From: an uncultured Alphaproteobacteria bacterium
GTDB lineage: Bacteria > Pseudomonadota > Alphaproteobacteria > RF32 > CAG-239
NCBI GenBank assembly: GCA_934254675.1
Contig: CAKQLP010000002.1
Location: forward strand, 96,596-160,595
DNA: 64,000 nucleotides
Direction of reading: 5' to 3'
The notes below the pieces were generated by a model. That model made no database searches and was not told where the DNA came from. It was given only the letters and a program-made list of their open reading frames with translations. The translations under genes were made by a program, and so were the position numbers. Shown here piece by piece: positions 28,952-38,550 of this stretch; the first letter of the stretch is position 1; each line of letters starts with the position of its first letter.

Positions 28952-29036
28952 GCGGGTATGGTGAAATTGGTAGACACGCCAGACTTAGGATCTGGTGCCG
29001 CGAGGCTTAAGAGTTCGAGTCTCTTTACCCGCACCA
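28952..29036 (+). tRNA. tRNA-Leu (anticodon TAG), CCA encoded
   Basis: Acceptor stem GCGGGTA/TACCCGC, D-arm GGTGAAATTGGTAGACAC, anticodon loop CTTAGGA, long variable arm, T-arm GAGTTCGAGTCTC, ACCA 3' end. Confidence 0.93.
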
Positions 29037-29092
29037 TCACTTTTCTTGGGTGATGAATGTTGAATAACAATTTATTTTTAGAGAAAATCACA

Positions 29093-30451
29093 ATGAACGT
29101 AAAAGAAGAAAAAACAAAAGGTTTGAATAAAAAGTACAATGTGACTTTGGCTGCTGCGGATTTTGCCAACGCTGTTGATAAAAAATTGGAACAGGTTGCC
29201 AAAACTGTTAAATTAGCTGGGTTTAGAGCTGGTCATGCTCCAAAAGCTATGATTAATCAAAAATATCGTCCAAGTGTTTTAGGCGAAGTTCTTGATGATA
29301 TGATTCGCGATGCCGTTAACGAGGTAATTGCCAATAACAAATTGCGTCCGGCTGTTACTCCAGATATTAAAATTGAAAAATTTGAAGATGGTAAAGATGT
29401 TGAATTTACGGTAGAAGTTGAAGTTTTGCCGGAAATTAAAGTCGGTGATTTTTCTAAAATTACATTAAATAAATATGTGGCTAAAGTTCCGGCTGAAGAA
29501 ATTGAAAAAGCTGTAAAATATATGGTTGATTCTCGCCGCGATTCTGCAAAAGTTGAAGAAGACAGAGCCACTAAAAAAGGTGATATTGCCGTTATTGACT
29601 TTGTGGGCTCCATTGATGGTGTTGAGTTCCAAGGCGGTAAAGGAAATTCTTATCCGTTGGAATTGGGTTCAAACTCTTTTATTCCGGGATATGAAGATCA
29701 GTTAATCGGTAAAAAAGCCGGTGAAACAGTAGAAGTTAAAACAACATTCCCTGCCGATTATCACGCTAAGGATTTGGCCGGAAAAGAAGCTTTGTTTGTT
29801 ACCACAATTAAAGAAATTCGCGAGTACAAACCGGCAGAATTGAATGATGAATTTGCTAAATCTATGGGCGCAAAAGATGTTGCTGATTTGAAGTCTAAAA
29901 TTGAAGCTCGTATTTTGGAAGACTATAACGCAACTTCTCGCATTAAATTAAAACGTGACTTGTTGGATGCTTTGGATAAAGAATATGACTTTGAAGTTCC
30001 GCAAAAACTGATTGATGCTGAATATGCCGCTATTGAAAAGCAATATCAAGACGCAAAAGCTAAAAATCAGCTTGATGAAAGCGAAAAAGCTCGTGATGAA
30101 AAAGATGTTTTGGCTGAATATAAAGAAATTGCTTTACGTCGTGTTAAATTGGGTTTGTTGCTGTCAGAAATCGGTGCCGATGCAAAATTGCAATTGTCTG
30201 CCGATGATGTGAACAAAGCTATTATGAATGAAGCAAAACGTTATCCTGGACAAGAAAAAATGGTTTTGGATTATTACGTTAAAAATAAAGAAGCTGTTGA
30301 GGCTCTTAAAGCTCCGGCTTATGAAGAAAAAATCGTTGATTATGTTTTGGAAAAAGCTAATGTCGGCGATAAAGAAGTTTCAGTTGAAGAACTTTATGAT
30401 TTTAGCGATGGTTCTGCTAAAAAAGAAAGCAAAGCTAAAAAGTCTGCCTAA
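29093..30451 (+). CDS. tig: trigger factor
   Basis: N-terminal ribosome-binding GFRAGHAP (GFRxGxxP), central FKBP PPIase (DFVGSIDGVEFQGGK), C-terminal arm domain. Confidence 0.95.
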   Translation: MNVKEEKTKGLNKKYNVTLAAADFANAVDKKLEQVAKTVKLAGFRAGHAPKAMINQKYRPSVLGEVLDDMIRDAVNEVIANNKLRPAVTPDIKIEKFEDGKDVEFTVEVEVLPEIKVGDFSKITLNKYVAKVPAEEIEKAVKYMVDSRRDSAKVEEDRATKKGDIAVIDFVGSIDGVEFQGGKGNSYPLELGSNSFIPGYEDQLIGKKAGETVEVKTTFPADYHAKDLAGKEALFVTTIKEIREYKPAELNDEFAKSMGAKDVADLKSKIEARILEDYNATSRIKLKRDLLDALDKEYDFEVPQKLIDAEYAAIEKQYQDAKAKNQLDESEKARDEKDVLAEYKEIALRRVKLGLLLSEIGADAKLQLSADDVNKAIMNEAKRYPGQEKMVLDYYVKNKEAVEALKAPAYEEKIVDYVLEKANVGDKEVSVEELYDFSDGSAKKESKAKKSA

Positions 30452-30482
30452 TTATAGCTTAACTGAAATTGCAGAATAATAC

Positions 30483-30518
30483 AAAAAGAGTCCCATGTTA
30501 CGGCATGGGACTCTTTTT
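30483..30518. terminator. bidirectional terminator between tig and pilin-like gene 3
   Basis: AAAAAGAGTCCCATG / CATGGGACTCTTTTT 15-bp stem. Confidence 0.85.
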
Positions 30519-31737
30519 AAGAAATAAAGTATAAAATTAAATCACAATTTTCAGTTGTGCAGCTTTTACAAAACTGGGTCATTTTTATCGGTGTCATGTT
30601 TTTAAAGCAGGTTTGTCGAGAGTCGGTACAATAGATTTTACCCCAAATAATAACATCAGTCGTATAATTGTTTTTTAATTCCAATCTAGAAATATTACCG
30701 TTTTCAGCATCAAAGGCTGTGATAGCTTTTATAATGTTTTTGCATTGATTTTCAGAACTTATGGCAAAAGCGTTATTTATGGTTTTAAGACTGATTCCCA
30801 AATAAAATGAGGTACTGTTACAAGGGGATAAAGAACCATCTGGTTGTCGGCATGTGTCAACACCATAAGATAAAATAAATTTATTTCCAAATCGATCCTG
30901 AGCAGTCTCATTAGAGATAAGCTTCATGTCGTCAGGTAAATATCCAAGAGCATTGATAGCGCCCATAAGGTCGTTTATTCTGATTGTTGATTGGTTACGG
31001 TAGTCTTGTTTGAAAGTGTCACGAAGTTCTAATATATGATAAATAAGGGAATTGATTTGTTCAAGTTGTTTGTGTGATTGATAAGTTTCCATGGCTTTGC
31101 TGAATCCCTGAATACCTCCGACGGATAGCACCCCAATAATGGTGAGAACGCCCAGCATTTCAATCATGCTTCGCCCAAGGGAAAACTCGTTTAGCTGGTG
31201 TCTGCTTGAAATTTTCGCGCTCGTGTACCTCTTTTGTACACGTCGCTTAAAAATTCCGGCGCATTCACGCACGCTATCCAAGTTTTCAAGTAAGATGTTA
31301 GGATTTTTTTCGCAGCTAGAAACCTCTTTATCTACACCACTCTCCGCGGTTTCAATACATTCATTTGTCTGTCTGGTCACTGCTTGCGCTTTTCTCACTC
31401 GTGTACTACTTTGTACACGTCGTTCCAAAATTGCGGCGCATTGACGCACGACATCCAAGCCCTTGATAAGACTCTGTTCTCTGTCATACTCGGGCTTGAC
31501 CCGAGTATCCAAAGAATAGTGTTTTGTATAGATTCTCGGAATAAATCCGAGAATGACGTTTAAAAATTGGTTAACATTTAAGGTGTGATTGAGAATGACG
31601 GAGAATAGGGTATTCCGTTCATCCTTAAATTTTTCCCAAAAGTGGCGAAAACCATGTGTAGAAGCTTTAAAACGCTCTGAAATCAAATGTTTAGGATTTA
31701 CAGAGAGAGAGAGACCTTTTGATTGCTTATTTTTCAT
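30517..31737 (-). CDS. type IV pilin-like paralog 3, intact and in frame from the cassette ATG ((CT)6), with a 188-codon leader
   Basis: MKNKQSKGLSLSVNPKH... runs through palindromic modules to LG-RSMIEMLGVLTIIGVLSVGGIQGF, then a divergent Cys-rich domain. SD AAGAGG lies 8 nt before the ATG. Confidence 0.8.
   Translation of the reverse strand: MKNKQSKGLSLSVNPKHLISERFKASTHGFRHFWEKFKDERNTLFSVILNHTLNVNQFLNVILGFIPRIYTKHYSLDTRVKPEYDREQSLIKGLDVVRQCAAILERRVQSSTRVRKAQAVTRQTNECIETAESGVDKEVSSCEKNPNILLENLDSVRECAGIFKRRVQKRYTSAKISSRHQLNEFSLGRSMIEMLGVLTIIGVLSVGGIQGFSKAMETYQSHKQLEQINSLIYHILELRDTFKQDYRNQSTIRINDLMGAINALGYLPDDMKLISNETAQDRFGNKFILSYGVDTCRQPDGSLSPCNSTSFYLGISLKTINNAFAISSENQCKNIIKAITAFDAENGNISRLELKNNYTTDVIIWGKIYCTDSRQTCFKNMTPIKMTQFCKSCTTENCDLILYFIS
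31222..31554. repeat. 4 palindromic modules in the leader of pilin-like gene 3
   Basis: CGTGTAC-N7-GTACACG (31222-31242), CGTGTAC-N6-GTACACG (31400-31419), ATACTCGGG-CTTGA-CCCGAGTAT (31486-31508), ATTCTCGGA-ATAAA-TCCGAGAAT (31532-31554). Confidence 0.9.
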
Positions 31738-31751
31738 CTTTCTTTCCTCTT
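31596..31751 (-). other. conserved 5' expression cassette (SD 31746-31751, ATG 31737, (CT)6 31702-31713), copy 3 of 3
   Basis: Nearly identical to the cassettes at 12998-13156 and 15053-15209 but one CT unit shorter. Confidence 0.85.
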
Positions 31752-31918
31752 AAAATAGGTAAAAATATCTAACAAGATAATCTTAATAAACGTTTTTTAT
31801 AAAATCAATTATTTTAATCAAAATTGTTTTTTAATTGCGTTTTTATTGTCAATAAGTGATATAGGAACAAAGACAAAATAAATATTTTTATGCTAAACTA
31901 TAATTAAGGAGAAAAATT

Positions 31919-32353
31919 ATGAATAGTTTTGATTATGTTGCCGGTTTGAGTTTGGCTGAAAAATTGATTTTTTTACGAATGATTATTCGGCTTATCGGAA
32001 AGGATGGGCGTATTGATGCGGATGAGCGTCTTTTTATGAAAGAATTAGCCGAGCAATACCATATTCCCAAAGAATATGGTACACAGATAAATAAAAAATC
32101 TACGGAGGATGAACTTATTGCGGAAGCTCAAAGTCTTTTAGATAGAAAAAAATCAATATATTTAATTAAAGAACTTTTAATGATTGCTAATGTGGATAAC
32201 GATTTGGATGACGCTGAAATTGACTTTGTTATTAAGGTTAGCAAAGCCCTGAATATTGAAGACCAGAAAGTTAGTGACTTAAACCAGCTGGTTTTGGACC
32301 AAATTAGTTTACAGGAAAAATTGATAAAAGTGTTGGAATTAAATAAGGCTTAA
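31919..32353 (+). CDS. TerB-like (tellurite resistance TerB family fold) protein
   Basis: Two copies of the DG/D-x-D-x-E-E...L helix pair pattern (KDGRIDADERLFMKELAEQY; VDNDLDDAEIDFVIKVSKAL). Confidence 0.55.
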   Translation: MNSFDYVAGLSLAEKLIFLRMIIRLIGKDGRIDADERLFMKELAEQYHIPKEYGTQINKKSTEDELIAEAQSLLDRKKSIYLIKELLMIANVDNDLDDAEIDFVIKVSKALNIEDQKVSDLNQLVLDQISLQEKLIKVLELNKA

Positions 32354-32976
32354 TGATATAAATTTTTGAATAAATTTATAATCTGAGACATTTCTTCACG
32401 AGTTATACGGTTATCGCCATTGCTGTCAAAAAGCTGAAATATCATTTTGTTATTATTATTTAAGTCTTTTTGCAAAAAATGGCGCAACTCAAATTCATCT
32501 AAGTAATTGTTTTTATCCATGTCCGCTTCGCTAAAACGTTCTGATAATTTTTTTAGTGTTTGTTCATCTAACTGTTGTTTGCTGTAATAAGATAAAATTT
32601 CTTCTTCTGATATTTTACCATCTTTGTTAGTGTCAAATTCATTAAATGTTTGTTGAACCATTTGCATAAAGTTGTTTTGTTGGTATTGAAGTAGTTCATC
32701 TTCTTCTATAATACCATCTTTATTGGCGTCAGCTTTATCGAAATCATCTTCTGTAAACGGAATTTCAGCAGACGCATTTGAAAAATTCTGGACGTTCATT
32801 TCTGTTGAAACATCTGTATTTTTTTGATTTTCATCAATAAGGCTATCTAATGAAGTCGGCTCATTTTCTGTTGAGATGTTAATTGCTGTGTCCGGCGCAT
32901 TCCAGTTCCATTTTTGAGCAGATAAAATGTTTGGTGTTAAAAGCAATGCAGATAATAAAACAACAGATAATTTCAT
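32350..32976 (-). CDS. secreted EF-hand calcium-binding protein (4 EF loops)
   Basis: Signal peptide MKLSVVLLSALLLTPNILSA. Loops DANKDGIIEEDE, DTNKDGKISEEE, DMDKNNYLDEFE, DSNGDNRITREE. Confidence 0.8.
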   Translation of the reverse strand: MKLSVVLLSALLLTPNILSAQKWNWNAPDTAINISTENEPTSLDSLIDENQKNTDVSTEMNVQNFSNASAEIPFTEDDFDKADANKDGIIEEDELLQYQQNNFMQMVQQTFNEFDTNKDGKISEEEILSYYSKQQLDEQTLKKLSERFSEADMDKNNYLDEFELRHFLQKDLNNNNKMIFQLFDSNGDNRITREEMSQIINLFKNLYH

Positions 32977-33047
32977 TATGATAACTCCTCACAATTCATA
33001 ATTGGTGACAGTATATAATAAAAGCAATCTGTTTGGCAAGAAATTTT

Positions 33048-33851
33048 TTATTGATACGCGTAACCATTAACAATCAGTTTAGTGGTAAACAGAATAAAGC
33101 ACATTCCTGGGTTTTGCCCGCTCATTACATACTCATGATGTTGATTGGTTCGAGTTCCGGTGAGCATACCCATAGACGGTACGTCAACCAAATAACCTTC
33201 AATGTGTACAACATCTCCGGCAATCAGGGTATGTAATCCCTTGTTTATATTTTCATTTGCCGGAATAGGGTGATAATTATTAAACTGATTGTTTTTCATA
33301 TATGTTTCGCAATGTGCGTAATTCTTTTCACTTTTCTCACGTTCTGAATCAGAAGCATAAAACGAAAAGAAAGATTCTTTATATTTTACACCTTTACACT
33401 TGATAAAACCTGTTCGTTCCTCGTGTTCAAACTCAAAAAGTTTATAAATTTCCGGTTTAGCCATATCTCCATAAACCATAAGCAAATCCACAGGCACTAA
33501 ATTGATGTAGTCATTTTGGCTATGCCCGCGGTACATTTTGTTTAGAATGGTGTCATAATGATCGATATAGCCGATTTTAGCGGTGATGCCGTATTGTGTT
33601 TTAGGTTGCAGCTTATAAATATGGTTATTTCTGGTGAACTCAAACGCATTCAGGTTAACATCTTTGTAATTGCCATCTGGTGAAATTGTCAGTGTTTCAG
33701 ATGTTTTTTTAGCAAATAAAAATGGATAAATCAAACGTTTAGGATATTCAGGAAACAAAAACAGGAGTATAATCGCAATACAAATCATTGTGCCAATTTT
33801 TGATCGTTTTTTTGATATTTTTGTTTGGCGTAAAATGTGTAAAGCAGGCAT
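33048..33851 (-). CDS. hypothetical membrane-anchored protein
   Basis: ORF with one N-terminal TM segment. No family recognised. Confidence 0.55.
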   Translation of the reverse strand: MPALHILRQTKISKKRSKIGTMICIAIILLFLFPEYPKRLIYPFLFAKKTSETLTISPDGNYKDVNLNAFEFTRNNHIYKLQPKTQYGITAKIGYIDHYDTILNKMYRGHSQNDYINLVPVDLLMVYGDMAKPEIYKLFEFEHEERTGFIKCKGVKYKESFFSFYASDSEREKSEKNYAHCETYMKNNQFNNYHPIPANENINKGLHTLIAGDVVHIEGYLVDVPSMGMLTGTRTNQHHEYVMSGQNPGMCFILFTTKLIVNGYAYQ

Positions 33852-33878
33852 TGATATACTCCTGTTTTTATATAATAA

Positions 33879-35318
33879 TCAAGCTAATTTGGCTATGGCG
33901 TCTTTAATGCGCGACAAAGTTTCGTTTTTACCCAAAATATGCGCCAATTCGGTTGCGCCACCAGGGGTGGTTTCTTTTCCGGAGAGAGCTATGCGCACCG
34001 GATAGAGAATTTGCCCGTTTTTCATTTCATTGGCAACGGCGGTTTCTTTTAGGGTGTTAAACAAGGTTTCATTAGTCCAATCGTTAATGTTTTCCAACAC
34101 GGGCAAAACTAAATTCAGGGCTTTAGCGGCTATTTCCGGATTGGTTTTCATCTTTTTATTTTCATACAAAGCAATGTCATATTCCGGCATTTTGGCTAAA
34201 AAGTCTGTTTGTTCGGTAATTTGATTTAATACTTCAATACGAGGTTGTAACACTTTGCTTAAAAATACTAAATCCATATTTTTGCTTTCTAAATCTTTAT
34301 AATACGGTAAAGCCAGTTTATGAAAATCTGTTTCAGAAAGGTTGCGGATATAGCAGCCATTCATCCAAGTAAGTTTTGTAATGTCGAAAATCGCCGGAGA
34401 TTTGTTTAATCTTTCACTTGAAAAACATTGTTTAAGTTCTTCTAGTGAAAAGATTTCTTGCTCTGTTCCTGGGTTCCAGCCGAGCAGGGCTATATAGTTC
34501 AAAATTGCTTCTGGTAAATAGCCTTTAGCCACCAAATCTTGGAAAGAGGCGTCGCCGTTGCGTTTGCTTAATTTGTGCTGAGCGTCTTTCATAACCGGCG
34601 GAACGTGAACATAAATCGGCGGTGTCCAGCCAAACGCCTCATAAATCAGGTTATATTTAGGGGTGGAAGAAATATATTCATTACCACGTACAACGTGAGT
34701 TATCCGCATTAAATGGTCATCTACCACATTGGCAAAGTTATAGGTTGGCAGACCATCAGATTTTAGTAGAACCCCTTCGTCAAGTTCGTCATAATCAATT
34801 TCAATATCACCATAAACCACATCGTGAAAAATCGAAGTGCCTTTTTTGTTAATGGTTTGGCGAATGGTGTATGGCTCGCCGGCGGCAACCCGTTTTTTTG
34901 CTTCTTCTAGAGAAATTTTTAAGCACGGGTCCTTAAATTTGATATGTGCTTCCGGCGTATCTTCGTCAGCTTCTTCATTTTCTTCTTTTTGAGCGCAAAA
35001 ACAATAGTGTGCGCCGCCAAGTTCAACCAATTTATGAGCGTATTTTTGATAGATTTCACGACGCTCGGATTGTACATAGGGACCAAATTCACCACCGATA
35101 TCCGGACCTTCGTCCCAGTTCATACCCACACGTTTCAAAGTCTTGAAGATAATGTCGGTCGCGCCTTCTACATAGCGTTTTTGGTCGGTGTCTTCAATGC
35201 GCAGAATAAAATCTCCGCCGGCGGATTTGGCAATTAAATATTCATATAAAGCCGTGCGCAGGTTGCCGATGTGCATATATCCGGTCGGGCTTGGCGCAAA
35301 TCTGGTTCTATTTTTCAT
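33879..35318 (-). CDS. gltX: glutamyl-tRNA synthetase
   Basis: RFAPSPTGYMHIGNLRTAL (HIGH) and KLSKR (KMSKS) class I motifs. 479 aa. Confidence 0.96.
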   Translation of the reverse strand: MKNRTRFAPSPTGYMHIGNLRTALYEYLIAKSAGGDFILRIEDTDQKRYVEGATDIIFKTLKRVGMNWDEGPDIGGEFGPYVQSERREIYQKYAHKLVELGGAHYCFCAQKEENEEADEDTPEAHIKFKDPCLKISLEEAKKRVAAGEPYTIRQTINKKGTSIFHDVVYGDIEIDYDELDEGVLLKSDGLPTYNFANVVDDHLMRITHVVRGNEYISSTPKYNLIYEAFGWTPPIYVHVPPVMKDAQHKLSKRNGDASFQDLVAKGYLPEAILNYIALLGWNPGTEQEIFSLEELKQCFSSERLNKSPAIFDITKLTWMNGCYIRNLSETDFHKLALPYYKDLESKNMDLVFLSKVLQPRIEVLNQITEQTDFLAKMPEYDIALYENKKMKTNPEIAAKALNLVLPVLENINDWTNETLFNTLKETAVANEMKNGQILYPVRIALSGKETTPGGATELAHILGKNETLSRIKDAIAKLA

Positions 35319-35395
35319 GGTTGTAACAATCCTTTAATCTAGTTTTATAGTTAATTGTCCTTAGAATAGACCAAAAATTGCGCATTGCAAGTGTT

Positions 35396-36079
35396 TTATC
35401 GAGTTTTATCCTCAATCAGTTGACAGATTGCTCCGACCATATTTTGCGCGCCTTGGCAAACGTCCAGCATATTGGTGGCAAGCATATAAGCCGGCGTGCT
35501 ACAAACCAGATTTTTATCATCTATGCAAACATCGGAAACGCCGACTTCTTCGTGAATCGCACCAAGTTCTTCTAATTTGCGGGCGGTGTCGCCGCCGGCG
35601 CCGAGTGTGAATTTTACATGTTTATCAGCCAAAACCAAAGCAATCAGCACCGGAGCAATGCACATAGCGCCGATAACCACTTTGTCTTCCCAACACTTGC
35701 GGATAACCTGTCTGACACTGGTGTTGATGTTGCAAGAAACCCCGCGTCCGGCAAAATCACACCAGTTGGTGACAGCTCCAAGCCCTCCGGGGAAAATAAT
35801 GGCGTCATAATCTTTGGTGTTAAATTCTTTAAGATTTAGAATATTGCCGCGGGCAATGCGGGCAGCTTCAACCAAAACATTACGTTTTTCATTCATTGCT
35901 TGGTTGTTTAGATGATTAACCACCGCCGCTTGATCAATATCCGGCGCAAAGCATTGATAGGTGCAACCCATATTTTCAATACACAGCAAAGCACATACGG
36001 CTTCATGAATTTCCGAACCATCGGCGCGTCCGCAACCAGAAAGAACCACAGCAAAATGTAATTTTGTCCCCATAACCAT
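35396..36079 (-). CDS. elbB: ElbB/ES1-type DJ-1/PfpI family protein (isoprenoid biosynthesis glyoxalase ElbB-like)
   Basis: VVLSGCGRADGSEIHEAV N-terminus and nucleophile elbow IGAMCIAP. Confidence 0.8.
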   Translation of the reverse strand: MVMGTKLHFAVVLSGCGRADGSEIHEAVCALLCIENMGCTYQCFAPDIDQAAVVNHLNNQAMNEKRNVLVEAARIARGNILNLKEFNTKDYDAIIFPGGLGAVTNWCDFAGRGVSCNINTSVRQVIRKCWEDKVVIGAMCIAPVLIALVLADKHVKFTLGAGGDTARKLEELGAIHEEVGVSDVCIDDKNLVCSTPAYMLATNMLDVCQGAQNMVGAICQLIEDKTR

Positions 36080-36166
36080 CTCCTTAAAAAGTTTTGTATT
36101 GATTTATCATAATCAAATAATATAATGCTGTCATATGTAATTTTTTAGGATAAGGCAAGATTTTTT

Positions 36167-37429
36167 ATGGAAGTTAATTTAACAACATTGAAAAACGGCT
36201 TGCGGGTGGTGACAGCTGAACGTCCGCAAACCGAAACTGTTTCTCTCGGAATTTGGGTGAATACCGGCAGTGCTTGTGAAACTCTGGATAGAAACGGTAT
36301 TTCTCATTTTGTGGAACATATGGTGTTTAAAGGCACTAAAAAGCGCAATTCTTTGCAAATTTCTGAGGATATAGAAAACGTGGGCGGTCAAACCAATGCT
36401 TATACTTCACGCGAATTTACGGCTTTTTATGCTAAAATGCTTAAAAATGATTTGGAGTTGGCTACCGATGTTTTGGCCGATTTGGTGATGGCGCCGACTT
36501 TTGACGCCGCGGAAATGGCTAAAGAAAAAGAAGTTGTGGTGCAAGAAATTAAACAAACCAATGATGACCCGAGCGATATTGTTTATGACTACTTTCAAGA
36601 AACGGCTTTTGCCAATCAGGCTTTGGGGCGAAGCATTTTGGGACCGGCGGAAAAAGTTCGTTCGTTTAACGCTGAAAAACTGCATAGCTATATGAATCAT
36701 AATTACGCGGCCGAAAATATAGTGGTTGCCGCCGTTGGTAATTTGAAACACAATGACTTTGTTAAAATGGTGGAAGATCGTATGTCCGGTTTGCGTGAAA
36801 AAACAGATTATGTAAAAGAAGCGCAACGATATACCGGCGGTTCGTCTATCAAAACCCGCGATATTGAGCAGGCACAGGTTTTGCTTGGCTTTGAAGGAGT
36901 GCCTTATAACGATGCGGACTATTATCCGGTGACCGTGCTTTCGACATTGCTGGGTGGCAGTATGTCTTCTCGCTTATTCCAAGAAATTCGTGAAAAACGC
37001 GGCTTGGTTTATACGGTATATAGCTTTGCCAACGCTCACACCGGCAGCGGCATATTTGGAATTTATGCCGGATTGAATGAAGAGGAAATTAAACAATATG
37101 TTCCAGTAGTGGCTGATGAACTGAAAAAAATTGTCAATGACTATGTGTCTGATAGAGAATTGGAACGTGTAAAAGTTCAACTCAAGGCAAGTATGCTGAT
37201 GGCTTTGGAAAGTTCTTCTTCCACCGCCGAAGTGATTGCTCGTCAATATTTGCTTTATAACCGCGTGATTCCTGTTGAAGAAATTGTGGAAAAAATCAAT
37301 AGCATATCCAAAGAGGATATTCAGCGTTTGGCGCGTCGGGTTTTTGCCAGTAAACCAACTTATACGCTTTTGGGGAATTTACGGGATTATCCGAGTTATG
37401 ATTTGGTTGAGAAGTATTTGCATTTTTAA
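36167..37429 (+). CDS. M16 family zinc peptidase (pitrilysin/MPP-like)
   Basis: Inverted zinc motif HFVEHMVFKG (HxxEH) and downstream E. 420 aa, two-domain layout. Confidence 0.9.
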   Translation: MEVNLTTLKNGLRVVTAERPQTETVSLGIWVNTGSACETLDRNGISHFVEHMVFKGTKKRNSLQISEDIENVGGQTNAYTSREFTAFYAKMLKNDLELATDVLADLVMAPTFDAAEMAKEKEVVVQEIKQTNDDPSDIVYDYFQETAFANQALGRSILGPAEKVRSFNAEKLHSYMNHNYAAENIVVAAVGNLKHNDFVKMVEDRMSGLREKTDYVKEAQRYTGGSSIKTRDIEQAQVLLGFEGVPYNDADYYPVTVLSTLLGGSMSSRLFQEIREKRGLVYTVYSFANAHTGSGIFGIYAGLNEEEIKQYVPVVADELKKIVNDYVSDRELERVKVQLKASMLMALESSSSTAEVIARQYLLYNRVIPVEEIVEKINSISKEDIQRLARRVFASKPTYTLLGNLRDYPSYDLVEKYLHF

Positions 37430-37455
37430 GCGGAATATGATATCTTAACAAAAAG

Positions 37456-38550
37456 ATGACAACCGGAGGCATTGCTATGTCCAGAGCGGAAGATATTTTT
37501 GAAAAGCTGATTTATTTTGGTGAAGACGCCTTGGATGATTTTATTCGCGAACGGCAAACAGAGGAATTGTTTTTAGATTTTAAACAAGCTGCCTCAACAG
37601 GTAAGCACGGACAAGCTTTGTGTAGTGATGACAGGCGCAATCTTTCTAAATGTATTTCCGGTTTTGGCAATTCCGAAGGCGGTGTAATTATCTGGGGAGT
37701 TGAATGTTCTCGAGATTGTGAAGTCGGCGATGTGGCAAAAAGCAAAGTTAAAGTTCACAATGTCCATCGTTTTATGAGTTGGGTAGAAAACGCCATCTCC
37801 GGCTGCACCATTCCGAGCCATAACAAAGTGCGCAATCATATAATTGCTTGTGATAAAAACGGCGATGGTTATTTGGCCACCTATATTCCTAAATCTGACT
37901 TGGCCCCGTTGATGACCACAATCGGCAGTCATATTTACATTCGTTCAGGTTCCAATAATGTACCGGCTCCATATTCGGTGATTGCCGGAATGTTTGGACG
38001 TCAGCCACAGCCTAATGTGGAATTGATGATAGAAAATCGCAAATTGGAAATTGTGCAGAACGACGAGGCGGAAATTCTTTATCTGAAAAGCAAAAAAGGT
38101 AAGGCTGTGCGCAAATATGTCAAAGTTTCGTTTGATGTCTTTTGCAAAAATGAAAGCAATGTGATTGCCAGCGAACTTTATCTGACTTGCACTACCGAGA
38201 ATTACGGCGGCGTTAATAACAAAGTGCGTTTTTTGGATTATAACCAGATGTATGCCATTCAGGGAATAGCGGGGCATTTGAACTTGATAACCAAGCCGGA
38301 ATTACGTCTGCCGCCGCGCGGAATTTTGAAATTTACAAGGATTGAGATAATTTTGTCACCGCTAGTTGAAGATGATTTGTTGCTTGATGGCGTGGTTGGA
38401 GCAGAGCGCGCCGCGCCGAAATCGTTTAGAATAAGCGGGTTGAAAAATAATTTACGTTCTTTTGTGGCTAAGGCTTTACGGACAAATGAAGAAAGTAACG
38501 AATGGCTGATTAATGAATTTTTTAACGAGTTTTTACGAAAAGTGGAATAA
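37456..38550 (+). CDS. AlbA_2 (Schlafen-like, putative DNA-binding) domain protein with an uncharacterised C-terminal domain
   Basis: E-ELFLDFKQA ... ISGFGNSEGGVIIWGV matches the AlbA_2 pattern (E..EFK ... aFaN..GG.l..GV). Stop abuts the rnhA ATG. Confidence 0.65.
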   Translation: MTTGGIAMSRAEDIFEKLIYFGEDALDDFIRERQTEELFLDFKQAASTGKHGQALCSDDRRNLSKCISGFGNSEGGVIIWGVECSRDCEVGDVAKSKVKVHNVHRFMSWVENAISGCTIPSHNKVRNHIIACDKNGDGYLATYIPKSDLAPLMTTIGSHIYIRSGSNNVPAPYSVIAGMFGRQPQPNVELMIENRKLEIVQNDEAEILYLKSKKGKAVRKYVKVSFDVFCKNESNVIASELYLTCTTENYGGVNNKVRFLDYNQMYAIQGIAGHLNLITKPELRLPPRGILKFTRIEIILSPLVEDDLLLDGVVGAERAAPKSFRISGLKNNLRSFVAKALRTNEESNEWLINEFFNEFLRKVE

